Shown here: piece by piece, positions 27,093 through 36,796 of the stretch
Position numbering within the stretch: the first letter of the stretch is position 1
Layout: every line of letters starts with the position of its first letter
DNA from: an uncultured virus (IMG/VR IMGVR_UViG_3300010355_001052)
Lineage: Duplodnaviria; Heunggongvirae; Uroviricota; Caudoviricetes
Virus record (IMG/VR): IMGVR_UViG_3300010355_001052
Reading direction: 5' to 3' (one strand)
Length of the DNA: 64,000 nucleotides
The notes under the pieces: model-generated
What the model was told of the DNA's origin: nothing
The model's database searches: none
The model's input: only the letters and a program-made list of their open reading frames with translations
Made by a program: the position numbers and the translations under genes

Positions 27093-28291
27093 GATCAGAA
27101 CAATTAGCAAGAATTAGTAAAGATCTAATGCTCCGGGAACCATTTTATGGACTGTTCCTTATGATGCTGAATAAAGTCTGGAGTAAATCTGTTCCTACTG
27201 CAGGTGTAGGTAAAAATGGTATAAATTATCATCTTTATCTTAATGAACTCTTTTGGGATAGTCTAGTAGATAATACTAGAAGGGGTCTTCTAAAACATGA
27301 ACTCTTACACATAGGTTTTTTTCACATTACAGACTACAAGCATCTTAAAGATCCTCTTCTTAAAAACTTAGCAATGGATCTTGAAGTTAACCAGTATATA
27401 GATCCTGATGATTTACCTCCTAATCCTGTACTACTATCTTCCTATCCAGAATTAAAACTCAATCCTAAAGCAGGAACTCTCTATTATTATGAGAAACTAA
27501 TGCAAGGAGCTAAAGATGGTAGTTGTCCTAATCTTAATGCTACAATTGAAGCTAACGGATCAGGTAAACAGTCCTGTGAGATTGTTGCAGGAAACGGAAC
27601 CGGTACATTAGATATCCCAGATCATAAATCATGGGCTGAGTTTGATTGTCTTGATGAAGCAACACAAAAGCTCATTAAAAAACAAACTGAGTATATTCTT
27701 AAGGAAGTAGCTGAACAAGTTACTAAATCTAGAGGAACTGTTCCTGGAGAATTTAAAGACATCCTTGATGAAATTAATAGAGTTGACCCACCAAAATTTG
27801 ATTGGAGGTCATATCTAAGGAGATTTATAGGAGGATCCACAAAGATCTATACTAAGAAATCCCGGAGAAAGTATAATAAAAGATACTTTGAAAACCCAGG
27901 TTTAAAGATTAAACCTAAACGCCATATTCTAGTAGCTATTGATACATCAGGATCAGTAAGCAAAGAAGAATTAAATGAATTTTTACATGAGATTTATCAC
28001 ATGCAAAAAACCGGTTCTGAAATAACTATTGTTCAATGTGACTCAGCAATAAGTCATATTGGAAAATATAATCATAGGGAAGAATTTCAGATCTATGGTA
28101 GAGGAGGAACTTCATTTGATCCGGTACTAGATTATTACAATGAAAATACTCACAAGTATACATGTCTTATTTATTTAACTGATGGTGAAGCTCCCGCTCC
28201 AGATCCAGCTAAAGGAAGAATGTTATGGGTAATGAGTAGCAAATCAAAATTAAATGAGAACCTAATTGGTCCTCAAATAAAACTTAATTAA
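27089..28291 (+). CDS. metallopeptidase-like plus VWA protein (DUF2201-type)
   Basis: HELLH...NLAMDLEVN; MIDAS DTSGS, GGTSF, LTDG. Confidence 0.85.
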   Translation: MRSEQLARISKDLMLREPFYGLFLMMLNKVWSKSVPTAGVGKNGINYHLYLNELFWDSLVDNTRRGLLKHELLHIGFFHITDYKHLKDPLLKNLAMDLEVNQYIDPDDLPPNPVLLSSYPELKLNPKAGTLYYYEKLMQGAKDGSCPNLNATIEANGSGKQSCEIVAGNGTGTLDIPDHKSWAEFDCLDEATQKLIKKQTEYILKEVAEQVTKSRGTVPGEFKDILDEINRVDPPKFDWRSYLRRFIGGSTKIYTKKSRRKYNKRYFENPGLKIKPKRHILVAIDTSGSVSKEELNEFLHEIYHMQKTGSEITIVQCDSAISHIGKYNHREEFQIYGRGGTSFDPVLDYYNENTHKYTCLIYLTDGEAPAPDPAKGRMLWVMSSKSKLNENLIGPQIKLN

Positions 28292-29575
28292 ATGAGTAAA
28301 AAAATAGAAAATAAGTTAGTAAACCTACACATCGAGGAGTTAAAATCTTTTTTAACTCATATCATAAATAATAACAGATTTCTACAATCTCAAGGTAAAG
28401 TACCGGTTACAGTAAACGTAGAGGGAAATGCAGGTCTTGGTAAAACATCTGCTATTGCACAACTTGCAAATGAATTAGGAATTAACTTTATCCGAGTTAA
28501 CCTGGCAATGATTGAAGAACTAGGTGATCTAGTTGGTTTTCCTGTAAGACAATTTGAGTTGTGTAAACAAGAAACCAAAAACGTGTATACTCCTAAAACA
28601 GTAACTACTGCTGCAGGTCCAAAAACTGTAGATGTTATGGTACCTCAGACTGTAACTGTAGAAGGATCCTGTATGTGGGTTGATGAACATGCTGTAGATG
28701 AATATCTAAAACATGGTTATACATTTACCGGTGAAAAACAGATGACATATTGCCCACCAGAATGGATTGTTGGTCTAGGTGATAAAGGAGGTATTCTTCT
28801 ATTAGATGATTATTCCCGCGCAGACTCAAGATTCATACAAGCATGTATGACATTGATTGAGACACAGAAATATATCAGCTGGTCATTACCACAAGACTGG
28901 CATATTATCCTTACTACAAATCCGGATGATGGTGAGTATCTCGTTACACCAATGGATATTGCACAAAAGACAAGATTTATTTCAGTAAATCTTAAGTTTG
29001 ATGTACAATCCTGGGCAAGATGGGCTGAGTCACAAGGAGTAGATGGAAGATGTATTAACTTCTTGTTGATGCATCCTGAATTAGTCACTCCGGAAACTAA
29101 TCCAAGAAGTATAACAACCTTCTTTAATGCTATTAGTTCAATACCAAGTTTTATTGATGATTTACCACTTATTCAAATGATTGGTGAAGGGTCAGTAGGA
29201 ACTGAGTTTTCTACATTATTTACAGCATTCATTAATCATAAGTTAGATAGATTGATCACACCAAAAGATCTTTTACTACATGATAATGAAGCTCATGTAA
29301 TGGGTGAATTAGCTGGGTGTATTGGAAGCGGACCAAGTTACCGCGCTGATATAGCAAGTACACTTGTAACTAGGTTAATAAATTTTGCAGTTAAATATGC
29401 AGAAGAACATACTATACCGCAAAAAACAATTGATAGATTAATCAAAATTTCTACTTCTGAAACTTTGACTTATGATCTTAAGTATCATCTTGTAAAGAAG
29501 ATCCTTAATGGTAATAAACAAAAGTTCCAGGGAATTATGATGAATAAAGATGTTGTTGTAATGGCTATGAAATAA
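28292..29575 (+). CDS. MoxR-like AAA+ ATPase
   Basis: GNAGLGKT, LLDDYSRA, TTNP, AQKTRF and NPRS motifs. Confidence 0.85.
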   Translation: MSKKIENKLVNLHIEELKSFLTHIINNNRFLQSQGKVPVTVNVEGNAGLGKTSAIAQLANELGINFIRVNLAMIEELGDLVGFPVRQFELCKQETKNVYTPKTVTTAAGPKTVDVMVPQTVTVEGSCMWVDEHAVDEYLKHGYTFTGEKQMTYCPPEWIVGLGDKGGILLLDDYSRADSRFIQACMTLIETQKYISWSLPQDWHIILTTNPDDGEYLVTPMDIAQKTRFISVNLKFDVQSWARWAESQGVDGRCINFLLMHPELVTPETNPRSITTFFNAISSIPSFIDDLPLIQMIGEGSVGTEFSTLFTAFINHKLDRLITPKDLLLHDNEAHVMGELAGCIGSGPSYRADIASTLVTRLINFAVKYAEEHTIPQKTIDRLIKISTSETLTYDLKYHLVKKILNGNKQKFQGIMMNKDVVVMAMK

Positions 29576-29579
29576 TTAG

Positions 29580-29614
29580 ATCAGGAGAGATTAAACTCTC
29601 TCCTGATTATTTTT
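29580..29614 (+). terminator. intrinsic terminator
   Basis: ATCAGGAGAGA/TCTCTCCTGAT plus T-rich tail. Confidence 0.7.
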
Positions 29615-29626
29615 AAAATTCAAACA

Positions 29627-30730
29627 ATGAATGAAGTTAAAACAGCAATCGTTATTAGTAATATTATAGATATTAATTTTGAAAAAAGATTAGTATTAGA
29701 AAATGTAATTGGAAAAAGTATAACTGACTTTGCAAAAGAGTCATTACCTACTAAAGCATATGAACCAATTAAAGGTGATAAAATTTACTTATTACCTGAC
29801 TGCAATGTTCCGCGATTTAAACTTAAAACCTTCTGTGAAAATTACAATGTTGCATTGGTAAAATTTCAACATAAAGCTAATGCAGTTTTTGTTGGACCTA
29901 AATTTCTTGAGAGTACACTAAGAAATATCAATGATCTTATTTTTCATAAACAAGATGTTCTTAAGTTTCTAGAAGTTGTAGAAGGTGCTAAGCCAAAAAA
30001 AGAAATGGCAGAATTAATTACTGAAATTAAAAATTCAGATTCAGAATTTATTATGCTTAGTTATAGAGTATATTATGATCTGCATAGGGATAAAAAATTA
30101 GGATATAGTTTTCCATATAAGAATCTTGATTATGATAAAAGACCTAGTTTACACTTTCTATCAGATACTCACTATGATCTTTTTAAAGAATGTACTACTA
30201 ATCCAAATTGTTTTAATCAAATGGAAATTCTTAGACGCATAAATACAGGTGGTGTTATGACTAAAGAGAATTTTGAATCAATTAAAAGATTGTTTGAGAG
30301 TAATGATCAGGAAAATGTTAAATTAGGCATGGAAATTATGGCCAACTGTGATTATGAAAAAAGTTGTGTATATTTATTACTTCTAATTATGAATTACGGT
30401 CCTAAAATGTATTCATCTACAACACATAATCATGTGAATTTCAAGGCTTTATTAAAGTTTTTTGACATTAAGAATACACAATGGTTTACTTTAGAAGTAT
30501 TAATGAGTTCTTTACAGAAACTAAAATTACTGACACAATTAAATCTAGATATTATTATACCTGAAGCATCAAAAATCCTTAGTGACAGATTACAAAATCA
30601 GTACTTTGTTGTTAATGGAGTAAAAGGTAGTCCTTTAGTAGAAAGTATCCTAGATGAATTATCTAATGAGCCAGGTTATAATACTGAAATTGCAGAACAC
30701 GAATTAGAACAGATCACGCCTAAATTATAA
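29627..30730 (+). CDS. hypothetical protein containing the S-x-D-x-E-N motif
   Basis: 367 aa; IKRLFESNDQENVKLGMEI. Confidence 0.7.
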   Translation: MNEVKTAIVISNIIDINFEKRLVLENVIGKSITDFAKESLPTKAYEPIKGDKIYLLPDCNVPRFKLKTFCENYNVALVKFQHKANAVFVGPKFLESTLRNINDLIFHKQDVLKFLEVVEGAKPKKEMAELITEIKNSDSEFIMLSYRVYYDLHRDKKLGYSFPYKNLDYDKRPSLHFLSDTHYDLFKECTTNPNCFNQMEILRRINTGGVMTKENFESIKRLFESNDQENVKLGMEIMANCDYEKSCVYLLLLIMNYGPKMYSSTTHNHVNFKALLKFFDIKNTQWFTLEVLMSSLQKLKLLTQLNLDIIIPEASKILSDRLQNQYFVVNGVKGSPLVESILDELSNEPGYNTEIAEHELEQITPKL

Positions 30731-30739
30731 CTAAACAAT

Positions 30740-31306
30740 ATGGAAATAAAAAAAGTTAATAAAATGTATTTCCAAAAAAGCAAACTTTTCTTATACCCTG
30801 TCTTGGGTATTAACAAGGGTCAAAGTATAAGTCTCATTGAGACTTATACTGGCTGGAAAGATCATATTGAATCTACTGACAAAAAATTACTTTGTCTTTA
30901 TCACCTCAGAAAAGATCCGGAATTTGTAAAATTTGAGAAGACTAAACTCTTAGCAAATAAATACTTTACTGATTTTATAGAGTTTGAAGAAGACAAAGGT
31001 CTTTATGTTTTTGATTTACAAGAATATAAAGATGATTGGGAACATTTTTTAAATGGTAAATATTCAAAATTATCACAAAGATTAAAAACACAAGTGGTTA
31101 GTTTCCAACCAAAGAACACAGTAAATTATAGTTATGTAAATAGTTTTGTATATCCTGAAAAATATTTTGGAGTATACACAAAATTATTAGATACATCACT
31201 AGAACTATTAGTTAAAGTTGGAGAATTATGTGACCCACCTGATCTGGAGAAAGAAGTTTTGTGTATGAACACAAAAAGCTTGGATATTCCAATCATAATC
31301 ACTTAA
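30740..31306 (+). CDS. conserved phage hypothetical protein
   Basis: 188-aa ORF. Confidence 0.7.
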   Translation: MEIKKVNKMYFQKSKLFLYPVLGINKGQSISLIETYTGWKDHIESTDKKLLCLYHLRKDPEFVKFEKTKLLANKYFTDFIEFEEDKGLYVFDLQEYKDDWEHFLNGKYSKLSQRLKTQVVSFQPKNTVNYSYVNSFVYPEKYFGVYTKLLDTSLELLVKVGELCDPPDLEKEVLCMNTKSLDIPIIIT

Positions 31307-31329
31307 TTTGTAGACAATAAAAAAATACT

Positions 31330-31743
31330 ATGTCAACAATCCAACCAACAATGATGATTGTTTCCGGTAAATGGAACAATTCAGATTCTTTTAAGTTAGT
31401 TCCACTAACTAAAGAGTGCCCTTATTCAGAGGGTTTTTATGATCTTGACTCTAAAGTCTTGGTCCTAATGTCAATGCACACTAAAGATAATTTTCATCTA
31501 CTCCCAAGATTAGATGATAACGGAGATCCTATTCAAGTAAAAGGAAAACGCGCTAATGGTAAAGTTTATAAAGAACAGCGCGTACAACTAGAGACATACA
31601 CAGAGTATTACATTTCAGAGACAAAAGAAATTGAAGACTTATTAAATATAACAGCAATTAATGCTGGTACTTTTGATTACAAACGCATTATTCATGATGC
31701 TCCAGTAAAAGCACCTAAAGCTAAAGAAGCTGTAAAAGCATAA
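31330..31743 (+). CDS. conserved phage hypothetical protein
   Basis: 137-aa ORF. Confidence 0.7.
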   Translation: MSTIQPTMMIVSGKWNNSDSFKLVPLTKECPYSEGFYDLDSKVLVLMSMHTKDNFHLLPRLDDNGDPIQVKGKRANGKVYKEQRVQLETYTEYYISETKEIEDLLNITAINAGTFDYKRIIHDAPVKAPKAKEAVKA

Positions 31744-31767
31744 TTTTAATTTTAACCCCCTCACTTT

Positions 31768-31793
31768 AGGGAGACTCACAAGGTCTCCCTTTT
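31768..31793 (+). terminator. intrinsic terminator
   Basis: AGGGAGACT/GGTCTCCCT plus T-run. Confidence 0.65.
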
Positions 31794-31812
31794 GTGTCTA
31801 ATAACATTTCAT

Positions 31813-31848
31813 ATGAGACATTGGGTAATGGATTATGAAACATTAACC
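31813..31848 (+). pseudogene. stranded 5' end of DNA polymerase B
   Basis: encodes MRHWVMDYETLT versus IRHWVMDFETLP at the start of polB. Confidence 0.8.
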
Positions 31849-31892
31849 TTAAAAAAATCATGGTATTATAATCCATTTTGTATATTTGTAAA

Positions 31893-32438
31893 ATGGAAAC
31901 AAAAAAATGTTCAGTTTGTAAAATAGAACAACCTATTATTGAGTATAGAAAAGATAAATCTAGAAAAGATAATATTCATACTACATGTAATTCGTGTAAT
32001 AAACAGATACAAAAAAATTGGTATAATAACAATAGAGAAAAAGCTATAAATAACTCTTTAAAAAATTACACTAAAAATAAAAATATTATTAATTCTAAAA
32101 GAAGACAACAAAGAATTGATAATCCTGAAAAAATTAGATTAAGTGCTAGACTTAAATATGATCCAATTAAAAGTAAAATAAATAGTTGGAAACAAGCTGG
32201 TATTAAAAATATGACATATGAAAAATATCTTATAATGCAACAAGAACAAAATAATTGTTGTGCTATTTGTGGAGTACATAGAACTTTTTTTAAAAGAGAG
32301 TTAGATGTTGATCATAATCATGAAACAGGTGAGGTAAGAGGATTACTTTGTACACCTTGTAATAGTGGAATTGGTAAATTAAAAGATTCAATTAATATGC
32401 TTGAAAAAGCAATTAAATATTTAACCAAATATGAGTAA
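31893..32438 (+). CDS. endonuclease VII-like homing endonuclease
   Basis: CSVC and CNSC; CAICG...LDVDHNHETGEVRGLLCTPCNSGIG; ATG at 31893 follows TATATTTG. Confidence 0.88.
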   Translation: METKKCSVCKIEQPIIEYRKDKSRKDNIHTTCNSCNKQIQKNWYNNNREKAINNSLKNYTKNKNIINSKRRQQRIDNPEKIRLSARLKYDPIKSKINSWKQAGIKNMTYEKYLIMQQEQNNCCAICGVHRTFFKRELDVDHNHETGEVRGLLCTPCNSGIGKLKDSINMLEKAIKYLTKYE

Positions 32439-34371
32439 TATTAGACATTGGGTGATGGATTTCGAGACATTACCAAATTGCTTCGTAGCCGTATTCATTG
32501 GACATAAAACAGATGAAAAAGAAGTATTTGTTATTCATGAACTCAGAAATGATTTAGAAAAACTAATAGACTTCTTAGAATCAAATCAGAAGAATAAAGA
32601 ATGGCATATCTCATTTAATGGTTTATCATTTGATTCACAGATTACAGAATTTATTCTAAACAACAAAGCATTATTAACTTTTGCTAGTGCTGAAGAAGCT
32701 GCAGGATTAATTGCAGAAGAAGCACAAGAAATCATTGCTAGATCTAACAGAAAAGAATGGGCTAAGTATCCGGAATGGAAACTTAAAATACCACAAATTG
32801 ATGTATTTAAGATCAACCATTGGGATAATGTAAATAAAAGAACATCACTAAAGTGGGCAGAGTATGCTATGGATTGTGAAAATGTCCAAGAGATGCCTAT
32901 TCACCACACAACACCAATACATACCCAAGAAGAACTGGATATGATTATTGACTATTGTACTAATGATGTTCTTGCAACTAAAAAAATACTACATCTTTCA
33001 GTACCTCTTATTGAAGTTAGAGGTAGAATTAAGGCTAAATATGGTCTTAACTGCTACAATTATTCTAATACTAAATTAGGTAGTGAATTATTATTGAATT
33101 TGTATTGTGATGCAACCGGTAAAAACAAATTTGAAGTAAAAGAATATAGGACCAGGAGGTCTTCTATTCCAATTAAAGATATTGTTTTTCCTTATGTTAA
33201 GTTTCAATCTCCAGAACTTATTGAGTTTCTGGAAATGCTTAAACAAAAAGTCATTATAAATACCAAAAGTGACTTTAACTATACACTTAAATATAGAGGA
33301 TCAGTATTCTATTATGGTGCCGGTGGTATACATCAATGTATAGATACCGGGATATATGAATCTAATGATGATCTTATTATTAAAGATCTAGATGTAGCAA
33401 GTCTGTATCCTAGTATTGCATGCATGAATGGTATGTACCCTGCACATTTAGGGAAAGAGTTTTTTGAAGTATACAAAAATGATATTGTAGATGTCAGGTT
33501 AGCTGAAAAAGCTAAGAAAGAAAATAGAGACATGGCTATTATTGAAGGATTTAAAGAAGCTGCAAATGCCTCTTATGGTAATAGTAATAGTGAATACTCG
33601 TGGCTTTATGATCCACAGTATACTATGCAAACTACTATTAATGGTCAGCTTCTAGTTACTATGTTAGTAGAAGATCTTCTTCTACATATACCTGGTGTTG
33701 AACTTCTACAAACTAATACAGATGGTGCTACTATGAGATTCTCTAAACAGTATCTTAGTAAGTATGAAGAAATCTGTAAAGAATGGGAGAAAAAAACAAA
33801 ACTAACATTAGAATTTGCTGATTATAAATCAATGTATATCTGGGATGTAAATAATTATATCGCGGTTTATACTAATGGTAAAGCTAAATGTAAAGGTAGA
33901 TTTGAATGGGAAGATCTAGAGAAACATAAGTATACACACCTTCACAAAAACAAAAGCTTCCTTATTATACCTAAAGCAATTTATAATTACTTTGTTAAAG
34001 GTGTACCGCCTGAAAGATATCTAATAGAAAATAGAAACATCTATGACTATTGTGCCGGCGCTAAGATTAAAGGAGATTGGATATTTAAATCTACTTCTGT
34101 TGTAGAAGGCGAAATTATCCAAAAAACACTACAGAAAACAATCAGATATTACATCTCTAATAGAGGTAGTAAAATTATTAAAGTTAATACTAAAGATCTA
34201 AGAGAGATTCAACTTGATTCTGGTAAATGGATGCAGACTGATTTCAGTAAGTATGAGAATTTACCATGGTCAGAATATAATGTTGATGATTCATTTTATC
34301 TTGATGCTATTTATCAAGAGATAAATAATATAGTAAAACCACCAAGTAAACAAACAAAATTATTATTGTAA
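32431..34371 (+). CDS. polB: family B DNA polymerase
   Basis: exonuclease motifs DFET, FNGLSFD, YCTND; polymerase motifs DVASLYP, KEAANASYG, NTDG. Confidence 0.93.
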   Translation: MSNIRHWVMDFETLPNCFVAVFIGHKTDEKEVFVIHELRNDLEKLIDFLESNQKNKEWHISFNGLSFDSQITEFILNNKALLTFASAEEAAGLIAEEAQEIIARSNRKEWAKYPEWKLKIPQIDVFKINHWDNVNKRTSLKWAEYAMDCENVQEMPIHHTTPIHTQEELDMIIDYCTNDVLATKKILHLSVPLIEVRGRIKAKYGLNCYNYSNTKLGSELLLNLYCDATGKNKFEVKEYRTRRSSIPIKDIVFPYVKFQSPELIEFLEMLKQKVIINTKSDFNYTLKYRGSVFYYGAGGIHQCIDTGIYESNDDLIIKDLDVASLYPSIACMNGMYPAHLGKEFFEVYKNDIVDVRLAEKAKKENRDMAIIEGFKEAANASYGNSNSEYSWLYDPQYTMQTTINGQLLVTMLVEDLLLHIPGVELLQTNTDGATMRFSKQYLSKYEEICKEWEKKTKLTLEFADYKSMYIWDVNNYIAVYTNGKAKCKGRFEWEDLEKHKYTHLHKNKSFLIIPKAIYNYFVKGVPPERYLIENRNIYDYCAGAKIKGDWIFKSTSVVEGEIIQKTLQKTIRYYISNRGSKIIKVNTKDLREIQLDSGKWMQTDFSKYENLPWSEYNVDDSFYLDAIYQEINNIVKPPSKQTKLLL

Positions 34372-35495
34372 TGGCACGTAGACCAATTATAACCACTCCG
34401 GAGTATTTAATCAATACTCCTCTTCCAGATGCAACAGAAACATATACTGTTATTTCCCATGAAACCATTATTAATGAAACTAAAAGACTACTCTCAGTTA
34501 AAGGGTTTGAGATAGTTAGAGAGTTATACAGATGTAATGAAGGTGCACAAGTTGCACAAGGTATTTATCACCTGAAATATGGAGAAGATCCTGATATGAG
34601 TCTTATGTTTGCCTGGAATAATTCATATGATAAATCCATGAAATTCAAATGCTCAGTAGGTGGATATGTGCATGCATCTTTGTCTTCTGTTATAGGAGGT
34701 AACATGGGTGCCTGGGTAAGAAAACATACCGGGACAGCTGATGAAGAAGCAGTAAAAACATTATCTGAGCAGATCAATAATGCTGAACTTTACTTTAAAC
34801 AGCTAGTTCATGATAAAGAAATCATGAAAACTATACAGGTTACTCCAGAAAGAAGAGCAGAGATTGTAGGTAGAATGTACTTAATCAATGAGCTTGTGAC
34901 CGGAGAGCAGTTAGTAGTAATCCGCTCTGAGTTCAATAAACCTTCCTTTGCTTATAACGGAGTACAAAATTCAGTATGGGCTATGTATAATACTATCATC
35001 TATGCTCTACAAAAATCACATCCTAAAACATGGATGGATCAGCAAAGAGTATTACACTGGATGATCTGTAAAGAGTTTGGTATTTCACCTCTTGTAATTG
35101 AATCTATTGAATCAGAACCAGTAGAAGAAAAAGTGGAAGAAATAAAAGAAGAAGTTCTAATTACTGAGGAAGCTAAAGTTAAGTTACAAGAGATTGTTAC
35201 TGAACATATAGAAATTGCTATTAAAGAAGAACTAAACAATCTTCATGATCATCATCCTACACTTTTACCTGAGTTTAAAGAAGTTGAATTTGATATTCAA
35301 AAAGATACTGGATTTGAACAACAGCTTTCACCAGGTTATGAGTTTGCTGAACCGGAACCTACAGCTGATGACTTAATAGACAATGTTGATGTTTGGCCAT
35401 GTCTTAATTGTAATACACTACAAGGTGCATCAGATACTTATCATGAAGGTCAACTTTGTACATCATGTTATGAGAAAGGAGTTAATCATGTCTAA
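34371..35495 (+). CDS. DUF932-like protein with acidic linker and C-terminal zinc ribbon
   Basis: NSYDKS, RKHTG, SVWAMYN; CLNC and CTSC. Confidence 0.6.
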   Translation: MARRPIITTPEYLINTPLPDATETYTVISHETIINETKRLLSVKGFEIVRELYRCNEGAQVAQGIYHLKYGEDPDMSLMFAWNNSYDKSMKFKCSVGGYVHASLSSVIGGNMGAWVRKHTGTADEEAVKTLSEQINNAELYFKQLVHDKEIMKTIQVTPERRAEIVGRMYLINELVTGEQLVVIRSEFNKPSFAYNGVQNSVWAMYNTIIYALQKSHPKTWMDQQRVLHWMICKEFGISPLVIESIESEPVEEKVEEIKEEVLITEEAKVKLQEIVTEHIEIAIKEELNNLHDHHPTLLPEFKEVEFDIQKDTGFEQQLSPGYEFAEPEPTADDLIDNVDVWPCLNCNTLQGASDTYHEGQLCTSCYEKGVNHV

Positions 35496-35781
35496 TATCA
35501 AAGATGCAGTAAGGTTGGATCCATGTTCATGTCCTTATTGTGGATATGAGATAGATTCACATACTACAGTTGCTGTTGAACAAACTCTTCCTGAAAAAGA
35601 TGATTTATCAGTATGTTTTAACTGTGCTAATATCTGTAAATATGATGAAGATTTGAAACTAATTCCTTTTACTGAAGAAGATTCTTTAAAAACAGATCCT
35701 GAAACTCTTAAGCTATTAGAAAGTGTAATAAAGAAAATCAAAGATCATAGAAAAGAAGATACTGGGAAATGGGAAGAATAA
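35488..35781 (+). CDS. hypothetical zinc-ribbon protein
   Basis: CPYC and CFNC; ATG at 35488. Confidence 0.6.
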   Translation: MSNIKDAVRLDPCSCPYCGYEIDSHTTVAVEQTLPEKDDLSVCFNCANICKYDEDLKLIPFTEEDSLKTDPETLKLLESVIKKIKDHRKEDTGKWEE

Positions 35782-35783
35782 TA

Positions 35784-35937
35784 AAACATCGGGGTGAGAG
35801 GTTAAGTAATCGGCTGAAACTCGGCTAAGGAGTAGTCAACTTAAATGTTGGTAAATGTACTTAACTTCTCTCTTCCGGTGTTTATAATTTGGTCAGGTTG
35901 GTTTGTAGCATGGTAAGTCCATTGCACCACCTGATCA
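35784..35937 (+). ncRNA. putative structured RNA (long rod plus second hairpin)
   Basis: AAACATCGGGG/TTCCGGTGTTT and GAGAGGTTAAGTA/TACTTAACTTCTC stems with G-U pairs; TGGTCAGG/CCTGATCA hairpin. Confidence 0.45.
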
Positions 35938-35964
35938 TTTTTTCAATTTAAAATAAAACAGAAT

Positions 35965-36264
35965 ATGAAAACAGAAAAACTAATTCTTTATTCCTTTAAA
36001 ACTAAAATGGAATCAAGTAATAGTATTGCAAGAACATATGTCGGTCTTACTGAAGAAGGTAGTGTTTTTATCAAAAGAAACTGCTTAAATCATAATGATT
36101 TAACTATTGAAGGTTGGGATTTAATCCGTAAAAGTAAATTTGGTAATTATTACAGTGAATCTTATTGTTTTAAAGCGGACTCATTTAAATCAATAGTTTA
36201 TCTTTTAGGTGCAAAATTTAATTTTTTTGATACTCAACAAGCAAAAACTGAAGAAGAAGAATGA
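35965..36264 (+). CDS. hypothetical protein
   Basis: 99-aa ORF. Confidence 0.6.
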   Translation: MKTEKLILYSFKTKMESSNSIARTYVGLTEEGSVFIKRNCLNHNDLTIEGWDLIRKSKFGNYYSESYCFKADSFKSIVYLLGAKFNFFDTQQAKTEEEE

Positions 36265-36416
36265 AAGTAAAATTATTAAAGAAAATTTCAAAACAGCATG
36301 TTAAAATTCTATGTATTGTTCATGGAAATCATGATGCACCTTCAGGAATAGAGTTTCACATGGATCAATATTACAGAGCAATGACTGTGTTAAACGAATT
36401 AAAAAGTAAATTATGA
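36261..36416 (+). CDS. small hypothetical protein (not in the ORF track)
   Basis: 51 aa with ATGA overlaps at both ends. Confidence 0.5.
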   Translation: MKVKLLKKISKQHVKILCIVHGNHDAPSGIEFHMDQYYRAMTVLNELKSKL

Positions 36417-36796
36417 AGAAACAACTTAATGCAGTAAAGGAATTCCATGAAAAGTTTAAACAAACTAATGGAGAACAACCTCAATTACTTACTGAAGATG
36501 ATTATATCTTAAGATATAAGTTAATGAATGAGGAAAATCTTGAGTATTTTGAAGCATGTGAAAAAAAAGATCTTGTTGAAATTGCTGACGCTCTAGGTGA
36601 CCAATTATATATTCTATGTGGTACCATTTTAAAACATGGTTTACAACATAAAATAGAAGAAGTATTTGATGAAATTCAAAGATCAAATATGAGTAAACTG
36701 GGAGAAGATGGAGAACCAATTATTAGACCTGATGGTAAAATTATGAAAAGTAAGTTATATGAAAAACCTAACATAAGTGGGATTTTAGGTCTTTAA
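36413..36796 (+). CDS. MazG-like / PRA-PH-family NTP pyrophosphohydrolase
   Basis: EENLEY...EIADALGDQLY...SNMSK...DGKIMK. Confidence 0.85.
   Translation: MKKQLNAVKEFHEKFKQTNGEQPQLLTEDDYILRYKLMNEENLEYFEACEKKDLVEIADALGDQLYILCGTILKHGLQHKIEEVFDEIQRSNMSKLGEDGEPIIRPDGKIMKSKLYEKPNISGILGL

Noticed and set aside
32431..34371. Intein or intron within polB
   Set aside because: All exonuclease and polymerase motifs are contiguous in 646 aa with no insertion signature
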